Origin: Pseudomonadales bacterium
GTDB lineage: Bacteria > Pseudomonadota > Gammaproteobacteria > Pseudomonadales > UBA3067
Length of the DNA stretch: 64,000 nucleotides
Assembly (NCBI GenBank): GCA_040235475.1
Contig: JBECKY010000023.1
Coordinates: 72 to 64,071 of the forward strand
Reading direction: 5' to 3'
Position numbers and translations under genes: made by a program. Below, one piece after another: positions 1 to 8,582 of the stretch; within the stretch, counting starts at the first letter, position 1, and the number at the start of each line of letters is the position of its first letter. The notes under the pieces are model-generated. The model saw nothing but the letters and a program-made list of their open reading frames with translations, was not told the DNA's origin and searched no databases.

Positions 1-1131
1 ATTGTGCTTTTTGGTGATGAACCCCATTTACCCTACCAGCGTCCGCTGTTGTCAAAACAATACCTGTCTTCAGAGCAGGAAGAAGGCCGAATCTTTTTGC
101 GGCCACAGAAATTTTATCAAGACCATGAAATAAGCCTGAGAATTGCTCAGCGAATCGATGAAATCAACCCAGCCTCTAAAACAGTCACAACTGATCAAGG
201 TGAGAAAATCGACTACCAGGATTTAATCTTGGCCACCGGTAGCCGTCCCCGCAGGCTTAATATTCCAGGCAGCGAGCTTCAAGGTCTTCATTATCTGCGT
301 ACCTTGGATGACGTAAATGCCATTAAGGCTGAAATGCAGCCGGGCAAAAAGCTGGTGATTATTGGCGGTGGCTATATTGGTTTGGAAGTGGCCTCTGTGG
401 CCGTGACGGCAGGACTGAATGTGACGGTAGTAGAAACCGAGGATCGTATTCTCAAGCGGGTGGCCACCGCTGAAATGAGTGAGTTTTACCACCAGCTTCA
501 TAACGAGCGCGGTGTGCGCATTTTGTTGCAGTCGGCAGTGAGCAGTTTCGAAGGTGAGGGGCACGTCAGGCAGGTGGTTTGTGAGGGTCGCAAGATTGAG
601 GCAGATCTCGTTATTGTTGGCATTGGTATCATACCCAACATTGAGCTGGCCGAATCGGCGGGGATTGAGTGTGACAATGGAATCGTAACCGACGACCACT
701 GCCAGACGTCGGTGCCTCATATCTATGCCATAGGAGATTGTTCGAATCATCCTAATCCCATTCTCGGGCGACGTTTACGCTTAGAGTCGGTGCCCAATGC
801 CATGGATCAGGCCAAAGTTGTGGCTGCGAATATCATGGGTAACGACAAAACCTACTCTGCGGTACCGTGGTTTTGGTCCGATCAGTACGAATATAAATTA
901 CAAATGGTTGGGTTTTCAGCCGATGCTGATAGACAAGTGATCAGAGGTGATAAAGAGGCCAGGCAGTTTGCGATTTTGTATTTGCAAGATAATTACCTGG
1001 TGGCTGTGGATGCTGTTAATTCGGCCCGTGAGTTTATGGCTGGGAGGCAATTATACGGGCGCAGGTTTGACCCGGAGCGATTGGCGGACTCGACACTTGA
1101 AGTTAAGGACGGACTGATCAGCGATTCATAG
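1..1131 (+). CDS. ferredoxin--NAD(P)+ reductase, putidaredoxin-reductase-like flavoprotein (5' end cut by window edge)
   Basis: The frame-1 ORF is open from base 1 (IVLFGDEPHLPYQRP...) with no start codon in the window. It has the NAD(P)H-binding GxGxxG motif LVIIGGGYIGLEVA and the C-terminal FAD motif IYAIGDC. It sits directly upstream of a ferredoxin and a P450. Confidence 0.85.
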   Translation: MVLFGDEPHLPYQRPLLSKQYLSSEQEEGRIFLRPQKFYQDHEISLRIAQRIDEINPASKTVTTDQGEKIDYQDLILATGSRPRRLNIPGSELQGLHYLRTLDDVNAIKAEMQPGKKLVIIGGGYIGLEVASVAVTAGLNVTVVETEDRILKRVATAEMSEFYHQLHNERGVRILLQSAVSSFEGEGHVRQVVCEGRKIEADLVIVGIGIIPNIELAESAGIECDNGIVTDDHCQTSVPHIYAIGDCSNHPNPILGRRLRLESVPNAMDQAKVVAANIMGNDKTYSAVPWFWSDQYEYKLQMVGFSADADRQVIRGDKEARQFAILYLQDNYLVAVDAVNSAREFMAGRQLYGRRFDPERLADSTLEVKDGLISDS

Positions 1132-1304
1132 GGCGGTCGGATCAGGTCATCATGAAAAAATCGGGGTGAAGAATTTGCGGAAGCCATTTGTCAGCCAAAG
1201 GCTGTGTAAATCCAGTTTTCTACGCAAAAAGGTGTCACTGAGAGTGGGTGTGAGTAAAAAGTACTTGTAAAATACAAACTGATGCAATGAGGTGAAAAAT
1301 ATAA

Positions 1305-1625
1305 ATGCCTAAAATTACTTTTATCCAGCACGACGGTGAAGCGCTGACCCTGAACGTGGAAAACGGCCTGTCAGTGATGAATGCGGCTGTAGATAATTTG
1401 GTAGCCGGGATTGACGGTGATTGTGGTGGTGAGTGTAATTGCGCAACCTGCCACGTCTACGTAGATGAGAAATGGTCGCCGGTGGTTGGTCAGCCTCACG
1501 ATGCGGAAGAAGCTATTATGAGTTTAAATCCAGAGCGCAAGCCTAACTCGCGCTTGTCATGCCAAATTAAAATGACCGATGAGCTGGACGGCCTGATTGT
1601 ACACCTGCCGGAATTTCAGTATTAG
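1305..1625 (+). CDS. [2Fe-2S] ferredoxin, adrenodoxin/putidaredoxin type
   Basis: 106 aa. Cys ligand pattern CGGECNCATCHV ... SRLSCQI. It lies between the reductase and the P450. Confidence 0.9.
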   Translation: MPKITFIQHDGEALTLNVENGLSVMNAAVDNLVAGIDGDCGGECNCATCHVYVDEKWSPVVGQPHDAEEAIMSLNPERKPNSRLSCQIKMTDELDGLIVHLPEFQY

Positions 1626-1742
1626 ATTAAGCAGGTTGCACGCCAGCCATTTTGCTCCCATGCTGGGTTAAGCCTGCGTTTAACGGCCCGCTGGAAAAAA
1701 TTTTCAGGAAAATCTGATAATTAAAAAAAGGAGAAATAGATC

Positions 1743-3011
1743 ATGAGCGCTGTTATTCGAGAAGCACGCACTACCATGGCAGGTAAAGACCCCTATAGTG
1801 TCCCGCTGGAAGATATTGATGTCTCGCAACGGGAGCTGTTTCGTTCCAATACCATGTGGGGATTTTTTGATCGCCTTAGAAAAGAAGATCCGATTCATTA
1901 CTGCAAAGATTCGGAATTTGGTCCCTTTTGGTCGGTGACCAAGTTTAACGATATCATGGCCGTAGAGGGCAATCCTGCGGTTTTTTCTTCTGCGCCCAGC
2001 ATTACTATCCAAGAGCCTTTCGAAGACTTCCAGGTTTCCATGTTTATTGCTATGGATGAACCTGAGCACGGCAACCAGCGCCGTACGGTACAAGGTGCGG
2101 TTGCGCCCAGAAACCTGGCGAATATGGAAGGCCTGATCCGTGAGCGAGCGGGTGCTATCCTTGACTCTTTGCCTGTGGGCGAAACCTTTAACTGGGTGGA
2201 TAAAGTGTCAATAGAATTAACCACGCAAATGCTGGCCACCTTGTTTGATTTTCCATTTGCGCAACGGCATAAACTAACCTATTGGTCTGATGTTGCCACA
2301 GCTGTTCCAGGCCCTGATTCGATTATTGCTTCGAATGATGAGCGGCGAAAAATACTTATAGAAGAATGTGTGCCTGCGTTTATGGGTATGTGGCACGAAC
2401 GCGCAAACTCAGAACCAAAATTTGATCTGATATCCATGATGGCTCATGGTGAGTCAACAAAGAATATGGCTACCGAACGGCCCATGGAATTTCTGGGTAA
2501 CCTGATGCTGCTGATTGTGGGCGGTAACGACACCACTCGAAATTCCATTTCGGGTAGCGTGCTGTTCCTTAACGAAAATCCCAATGAGTATCAGAAATTG
2601 CGTGAAAACCCAGGCCTGATCACCAGCATGGTTCCCGAGGTTATCCGTTGCCAAACACCGCTTACACATATGCGCCGCACCGTTACACAAGACATTACCC
2701 TGCAAGGCAAAGACATCAAGAAGGGTGATAAGGTAATAATGTGGTACGTGTCGGGTAATCGTGACGAAGATGCCATAGAGCGCCCTTATGAATTTATCAT
2801 TGACCGCGAGAAACCGCGTCATCATCTTTCCTTTGGCTTCGGCATACATCGCTGTATGGGTAACCGGCTGGCTGAACTGCAACTTAAAATAGTATGGGAA
2901 GAGATTCTGAAGCGCTTCGAAAAGGTAGAGGTGGTCGGTGAACCCGTGCGATCGTACTCGAACTTTGTAAAAGGTTACATTGAACTGCCTGTACGCATCC
3001 ATCCTTTATAG
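1743..3011 (+). CDS. cytochrome P450, CYP153-like (putative terminal alkane/alicyclic hydroxylase)
   Basis: 422 aa. Heme-thiolate loop HLSFGFGIHRCMGNRLAELQL, I-helix LLIVGGNDTTRNS, and the MWYVSGNRD and WSVTKFNDIMAVE blocks as remembered from CYP153A enzymes. An AAGGAG SD lies about 9 nt upstream of the ATG. Confidence 0.9.
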   Translation: MSAVIREARTTMAGKDPYSVPLEDIDVSQRELFRSNTMWGFFDRLRKEDPIHYCKDSEFGPFWSVTKFNDIMAVEGNPAVFSSAPSITIQEPFEDFQVSMFIAMDEPEHGNQRRTVQGAVAPRNLANMEGLIRERAGAILDSLPVGETFNWVDKVSIELTTQMLATLFDFPFAQRHKLTYWSDVATAVPGPDSIIASNDERRKILIEECVPAFMGMWHERANSEPKFDLISMMAHGESTKNMATERPMEFLGNLMLLIVGGNDTTRNSISGSVLFLNENPNEYQKLRENPGLITSMVPEVIRCQTPLTHMRRTVTQDITLQGKDIKKGDKVIMWYVSGNRDEDAIERPYEFIIDREKPRHHLSFGFGIHRCMGNRLAELQLKIVWEEILKRFEKVEVVGEPVRSYSNFVKGYIELPVRIHPL

Positions 3012-3017
3012 CATGGC

Positions 3018-3048
3018 ACCTGAAACAGTCACGGATCGACTTTCAGGT
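3018..3048 (+). terminator. weak hairpin after the P450 gene (possible terminator)
   Basis: ACCTGAAA (3018-3025) pairs with TTTCAGGT (3041-3048) around a 15-nt loop. There is no clear T-tract after it. Confidence 0.25.
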
Positions 3049-3319
3049 TTGGCTATTGTCTTATGCCAAGCAGTCAGTTAAAGGACTGCTTCAAGCATTA
3101 TATTTCTTTTAAAAAGTGATGGCCCAAAATTTTATAACCGGCATTGTAAGGCGCTGTGATAAAGTTTTTCCCAGTAAGGCAGGGTGTTTTGGAGAATGAA
3201 AGCCAATGACTTGGCAGGCCATTGCCAGAATTATCAAAAAGTATATGATGGATGCTTTTGGGCATGCTTGCAAAGAGTTGCTAAAGACGGGCATTTATTA
3301 CTGAGAGAAGTCATGCATT

Positions 3320-4009
3320 ATGAGTAAAGTTGAATCTCTATCAATCTCAGCAGCGGTGGCAAATCGCCGTTCGATCCGACAATTTTTAGATAAACCGGTT
3401 TCCAGAGAGGATGTAGTTGAAATTCTCGAACAAGCAAAACGGGCGCCGTCCGGGGGGAATCTTCAGCCCTGGAAAGTCTATGTTCTGGCGGGTGAAGTCA
3501 GAGACCGCCTGGTTAACACAGTGGCTAAAAAAAGCGCCACCAACCCTGCTGGTGAGGGTTCCGAGTACGCTATTTATCCGCCGGATTTAAAAGACCCTTA
3601 CCGCACCCGCCGGCGTGAGGTCGGGAGCGATTTATATGAACTGATTGGTATTCCCCGAGAAGATAAAATGGCTAAGTTTGCCCAGCTGGCCAAAAATTTT
3701 GAATTTTTTGGCGCGCCTGTGGGCCTGATCTTTACCATTGACCGTCAGATGGGCCTGGGGCAATGGGCTGATTTAGGCATGTTTATGCAAAATGTAATGC
3801 TCCTGGCTAAAGAAAAAGGTCTGGATACCTGTCCCCAGGAGGCTTGGGCCGTGTGGTATAAAACCATTGCTGAAATAGCCGAAATACCCGATGAGGAGGT
3901 GGTGTTCTGTGGTATGTGCATGGGCTATGCAGATCAGAGCGCAGTGATTAATCAATTAGTAAGTAAGCGGGCCGAATTGGCCGAGTTTGCGATATTGAAA
4001 GGGTTTTAG
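3320..4009 (+). CDS. nitroreductase family protein (NAD(P)H-flavin oxidoreductase fold)
   Basis: 229 aa. N-terminal RRSIRQF motif and GGNLQPW, both typical of the nitroreductase family. Confidence 0.8.
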   Translation: MSKVESLSISAAVANRRSIRQFLDKPVSREDVVEILEQAKRAPSGGNLQPWKVYVLAGEVRDRLVNTVAKKSATNPAGEGSEYAIYPPDLKDPYRTRRREVGSDLYELIGIPREDKMAKFAQLAKNFEFFGAPVGLIFTIDRQMGLGQWADLGMFMQNVMLLAKEKGLDTCPQEAWAVWYKTIAEIAEIPDEEVVFCGMCMGYADQSAVINQLVSKRAELAEFAILKGF

Positions 4010-4231
4010 GCTGGCTTGAATACTGAGTTGCAAAAAATACTTACTCAAGAGTGTTTCTTCCAAATAAATTCAGCCGTTATTTTTGTTGTTAGCACTACTC
4101 CTTAAGCGTTGCTTTGGTGCGGTGCGCTGCATTTTCATCGGGCGGGCGCCCCAAAATTGCATTTTTCCTTGCCACTTCAGGCCCAATACCTTTAAAGTTG
4201 GGCCTGCTAAATTTTCAGCATGCTGTAAAAA

Positions 4232-4248
4232 TGCACTAAATTGGTGTG
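4232..4248 (+). promoter_or_regulatory. candidate NtrC-type palindrome upstream of glnK
   Basis: TGCACTAAATTGGTGTG compared with the remembered NtrC consensus TGCACCA-N3-TGGTGCA matches 12 of 14 defined positions. It lies 42-58 nt upstream of the glnK ATG. Confidence 0.3.
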
Positions 4249-4289
4249 TTGGCTTGCATAATAAAAACAGTACACAGGAGTCTTTATAG

Positions 4290-4628
<339 letters not shown>

Positions 4629-4732
4629 CCTTCCTAGCGTTACCTGGCTTTACCCGGCCGTTAAGTCTAGAAAATAGAGCCCTGAAAACAATCAAAGCAA
4701 AAAATATAAAAGTAAAAACAGGAGAACCTGGA

Positions 4733-6031
4733 GTGAAGAGCACTCGACTTATAACCTTACTGGGCCTGTTGGCCACTCCTTTTTCAGTTTTGGCTGGAAA
4801 TGAAGGCCTCAGTGGCGCCAATACAGCCTGGATACTCACCGCAACCGCTTTAGTTTTATTCATGACCATTCCAGGCTTGTCACTTTTTTATGCCGGATTA
4901 GTACGGGCCAAAAACGTATTATCCGTATTGATGCAATGCTTTTCCCTTACCTGCCTGATGTCACTGCTGTGGTTAATCATCGGTTACAGCCTGGCCTTTG
5001 CTGATGGCAATGACTGGGTGGGCGGTTTAAGTAAAGTGATGTTTGCCGGTATTGGCGAGGACACCTTAAGCGGTGATATACCTGAAACCCTGTTTGCCAC
5101 ATTCCAAATGACCTTTGCCGTTATTACCCCGGCGCTGATGGTGGGTGCTTTTGCCGAACGGATGAAGTTTTCGGCCATGTTAATTTTTAGCGCCATCTGG
5201 ATGTTAGTGGTGTACGCACCCGTTACCCATTGGGTTTGGGGTGGCGGCTGGCTGGCCAACCTGGGCTTGCTGGATTTTGCCGGTGGTACCGTGGTTCACA
5301 TCACTGCCGGTGCGGGTGCTTTGGTAGCGGCACTGGTGATTGGTAATCGTAAGGGTTTTCCAGGAACACCCATGCTGCCTCATAACTTAACCCTGACAGT
5401 GACCGGTGCCGGCATGCTGTGGGTTGGCTGGTTTGGCTTTAATGCTGGCAGTGCCCTGGCTGCCAATGGCGATGCTGCAATGGCGATGCTGGTTACACAT
5501 ATTTCCGCATCTGCAGGCGCCCTAACCTGGATGACAGTAGAGTGGGTGCGCTTTGGCAAGCCATCGGTACTGGGTATAGTGACTGGAATGGTGGCAGGCC
5601 TGGGTACCATTACACCCGCTTCCGGTTTCGTGGGGCCAGCAGGAGCCCTCGTCATTGGTATTTCGGCAGGCATTGTGTGCTTCTACATGACCCAGCTGAT
5701 AAAACGCAAATTTAAAATTGATGATTCCCTCGATGTTTTTCCCGTACACGGCGTCGGTGGAATTTTGGGGACTTTGCTGGCAGGGGTGTTCGCTTCCACA
5801 GAACTGGGGCTCTTCAGTGGTCAGGGATTTCTTAAAGAAGAAATTACTTCAATTGGGCAACAACTATCCGTTCAAGCCACGGGCGTAGCTGCAACCTTTG
5901 TTTATACAGCCGTGGTGACCTTTGTTATTTTGAAAATTATTGATGCTGTGCTGGGCTTACGGGTTGAAGAAGAAACCGAAATTTCTGGACTTGATTTAGC
6001 CGAGCACGAAGAGCGGGGTTATTCGCTTTAG
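4733..6031 (+). CDS. amtB: ammonium transporter AmtB
   Basis: 432 aa. GTG start with a CAGGAG SD 8 nt upstream. Signal peptide ending VLAGNEG. Conserved FGFNAGS and VHGVGGILGT blocks. glnK-amtB pairing. Confidence 0.95.
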   Translation: MKSTRLITLLGLLATPFSVLAGNEGLSGANTAWILTATALVLFMTIPGLSLFYAGLVRAKNVLSVLMQCFSLTCLMSLLWLIIGYSLAFADGNDWVGGLSKVMFAGIGEDTLSGDIPETLFATFQMTFAVITPALMVGAFAERMKFSAMLIFSAIWMLVVYAPVTHWVWGGGWLANLGLLDFAGGTVVHITAGAGALVAALVIGNRKGFPGTPMLPHNLTLTVTGAGMLWVGWFGFNAGSALAANGDAAMAMLVTHISASAGALTWMTVEWVRFGKPSVLGIVTGMVAGLGTITPASGFVGPAGALVIGISAGIVCFYMTQLIKRKFKIDDSLDVFPVHGVGGILGTLLAGVFASTELGLFSGQGFLKEEITSIGQQLSVQATGVAATFVYTAVVTFVILKIIDAVLGLRVEEETEISGLDLAEHEERGYSL

Positions 6032-6067
6032 TGGTAATTTCTGTTTAGTTCAGGGTAGTGAGCGCCT

Positions 6068-6116
6068 GAAAAGACACCGGAAAGCCGGGTATTGCCTGGT
6101 CTTCCGGTGTCTTTTC
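6068..6116. terminator. bidirectional rho-independent terminator between convergent amtB and nhaA
   Basis: GAAAAGACACCGGAA (6068-6082) is the exact reverse complement of TTCCGGTGTCTTTTC (6102-6116). T-runs follow the stem on both strands. Confidence 0.6.
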
Positions 6117-6149
6117 TGATCCGGAGTCTCATCTGTGCTAGACCCTTTG

Positions 6150-7334
6150 TCAAGGGCTTGCTTGCTTGTTGGAATTGGCGCGTTTCAAAACATAATAACC
6201 AACAATACCAGATAGAAATGAACCCAGGAGAATGGCTAATTTGTCTGCATAAAGATAAACCTTAGTATCATTATATGCCAAGGAGTCAACAAATAAGCTC
6301 ATGGTAAATCCGATACCCGTAAGAATGGATACACCGTACAGTTGCGTCCAGCTGCTATCCTTTGGCAAACTTGCTATCCCTGACTTGATGGCCAGCCAGC
6401 TAAAACCAAATACACCTAATTGTTTACCGATAAACAATCCAAGCATGATTCCCATGGGGACAGGGCTTAGCATTTCCTCTAAAGAAATCCCTCTTAAATC
6501 AACACCTGCGTTAACAAAAGCAAATAGGGGTAAGATCATCAAGGCAACCCAGTAATGTAAATCGTACTCCATTTCTTTGCTCATGGAGAAGGATTCCCCA
6601 TCACTGCCTTTACAGTTTAAAGGAATCATAAAGGCCAGTGCGACACCTGATAGAGTGGCATGAACACCTGACTTCAATACGCTAACCCAAAGCACAATGC
6701 CAACTAAAATATAAGCGGCTTTACTGGCAACGCCCATTCTGTTCATGGCGAATAAAGTAACAAGAGCAATTGAAGCGATAACAATAGAAGCTGTGGATAA
6801 ATCAACAGTGTAAAACAGTGCGATGATAACGATAGCACCTAAATCATCAATAATGGCCAAGGCTAACAGAAATACTTTTAAAGAGGCGGGAATGCTGTTG
6901 CCCAGTAAGGATAAAACTCCCAGGGCAAAAGCAATATCGGTTGCGGTTGGTATTGCCCAGCCATTCATTGCGAATGACTCACCTTTATTAAATGCAATGA
7001 ACACCAATGCCGGCACCACCATACCTCCAAGCGCAGCCAGCCCAGGCAGCGCCACCTGGCTAATCGAGGAAAGATGACCCTCTAGGAATTCTCTTTTAAC
7101 TTCCAGCCCAATGAGAAAGAAAAAAACCGCCATTAGCCCATCATTGACCCAGAGAAACAAGGGCTTGGCAATTTGTAAATCGCCGAATCGAACTTCTACG
7201 TGCGTATGTAAAAAACCAGTATACAACGCCGAAAGGCCGCTATTTTGCAATAACAAGGCAATGATAGTGACAAATATTAGCAGCACGCCTGCTGACGATT
7301 CTCTTTTTAAAAATGTTTCAATGGTGCTTATCAT
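6150..7334 (-). CDS. nhaA: Na+/H+ antiporter NhaA
   Basis: 394 aa polytopic membrane protein. It has the IIDDLGAIVIIALFY twin-Asp block and LWVNDGLMAVFFFLIGLEVKRE, as in E. coli NhaA. Confidence 0.95.
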   Translation of the reverse strand: MISTIETFLKRESSAGVLLIFVTIIALLLQNSGLSALYTGFLHTHVEVRFGDLQIAKPLFLWVNDGLMAVFFFLIGLEVKREFLEGHLSSISQVALPGLAALGGMVVPALVFIAFNKGESFAMNGWAIPTATDIAFALGVLSLLGNSIPASLKVFLLALAIIDDLGAIVIIALFYTVDLSTASIVIASIALVTLFAMNRMGVASKAAYILVGIVLWVSVLKSGVHATLSGVALAFMIPLNCKGSDGESFSMSKEMEYDLHYWVALMILPLFAFVNAGVDLRGISLEEMLSPVPMGIMLGLFIGKQLGVFGFSWLAIKSGIASLPKDSSWTQLYGVSILTGIGFTMSLFVDSLAYNDTKVYLYADKLAILLGSFLSGIVGYYVLKRANSNKQASP

Positions 7335-7810
7335 GGGATTGTGTTCTATCTTATATAGTTGATAAATTTTCAGTTTTTAATATAGTTACCGATAAAGGTA
7401 AGGGTGGAGCGTGAGCGATGTTCGTATCAAAATCAATTCGCTGCTTAAGCCATTATGCACCACACCGATTAATTATTAGACTCTCTTTAACTGAGATTTC
7501 TTTTAACGTTGGGATAAATACGAACTGATACGGATTTATAAGGGCCTGTGTAGTAATGCAGCGATTATTTCTTCAGTGAGATCTACACCTTTTTCCCTTC
7601 ATCCTAAGTACATTCAACGGACGTGCTGGTATACGTTGCTAAACTTTCCACCAAACTACCACTTTTTCAATAAAAATCAAAATCCTGGGTTTATTTTTTA
7701 AATTGAAGCTGGGACGAAAACGTGACAGGCCCTTAAAAAGTCTGGATTACATTGCGATTCTTACAGCTGAGGGGCGTAATTTTTAACAGCACGCAATAAC
7801 CAGAGCTTTT

Positions 7811-8416
7811 TTAGAGCAGTTTATGACATTGTGCCTTTAATTTGGGCACCACACTTTCCTCAAACCAGGGGTTACGTTTTAGCCAGATATTATTTCTGGG
7901 GCTGGGGTGGGGCAGAGGAAAATACTTTGGTGCGTAGTCACTCCAGGTTTTCACCGTGTCTGTTAATGTGCCTTTGTTGGCGTTACCTAGGTAATGCTGC
8001 AAGGCATACTGGCCCACTAGCAGGGTCATTTCTATATTGGGTAGTTTGGATCGCAGAGGAGCCTGCCATCGTGTGGCGCATTCCTTTCTGGGTGGCAGGT
8101 CGCCGGATTTTCCTTTCCCAGGGTAGCAAAAACCCATGGGGATAATGGCAATTTTGCGCTTGTCGTAAAAAGTGTTTTTATCAATACCCAACCAGTTTCG
8201 CAAGCGATCACCGCTGGGGTCATTCCAGGGGATGCCGGTTTCATGGACTCTGGTGCCGGGGGCCTGGCCAACGATCAGGATTCTGGCCGATGTGCTGGCA
8301 CTTAAAATTGGCCTGGGTCCCAGGGGTAGATGCTCTGCACACAAGCGGCATTGCCTGATTTCTGCAAGCAGTAGGTCAAGGGTAGGGGCGTCACTCAGGA
8401 TTTTTGATTCAGGCAT
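7811..8416 (-). CDS. uracil-DNA glycosylase superfamily protein (family 4/5-like)
   Basis: Motif A is GQAPG and motif B is HPSPRN. Four Cys (CRLC, FCYPG, ECATRW) could ligate an Fe-S cluster. The start is set at the first ATG (8416); the ORF track extends to a TTG at 8521. Confidence 0.7.
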   Translation of the reverse strand: MPESKILSDAPTLDLLLAEIRQCRLCAEHLPLGPRPILSASTSARILIVGQAPGTRVHETGIPWNDPSGDRLRNWLGIDKNTFYDKRKIAIIPMGFCYPGKGKSGDLPPRKECATRWQAPLRSKLPNIEMTLLVGQYALQHYLGNANKGTLTDTVKTWSDYAPKYFPLPHPSPRNNIWLKRNPWFEESVVPKLKAQCHKLL

Positions 8417-8582
8417 GAAGCGATGATAGTGGGCCTTGAAGGTAACTGGCAAGCTGGATTTTTCAGGTTTTGTCTTTGAGTTGTTGATTTTGAGACGCCT
8501 AAAGGAAGTTTGAACGGCCAAACACTGATAAGCTGTTTATCTTGAAAACACTCAGCAAGTCTTCTACAGGATTCGAAAAACC

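Noticed and set aside
223-750. Long antisense or overlapping ORFs in the track. Examples are 223-750(-), 1704-2093(-), 2454-3002(-), 13065-13445(-), 26285-26851(+), 38460-38855(-), 46707-47114(-), 50552-50941(-) and 58498-58806(-).
   Set aside because: Each lies fully within, or antisense to, a gene with strong homology-style motif support. They have low-complexity or Cys/Arg/Pro-rich translations and no SD. They are typical shadow ORFs of the real genes.
3109-3294. A 61-aa minus-strand ORF in the spacer between the P450 and the nitroreductase, partly hydrophobic.
   Set aside because: No SD precedes its ATG. It is antisense to the flow of all neighbouring genes and has no recognisable motif. 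It is kept only as a remote small-membrane-protein possibility.
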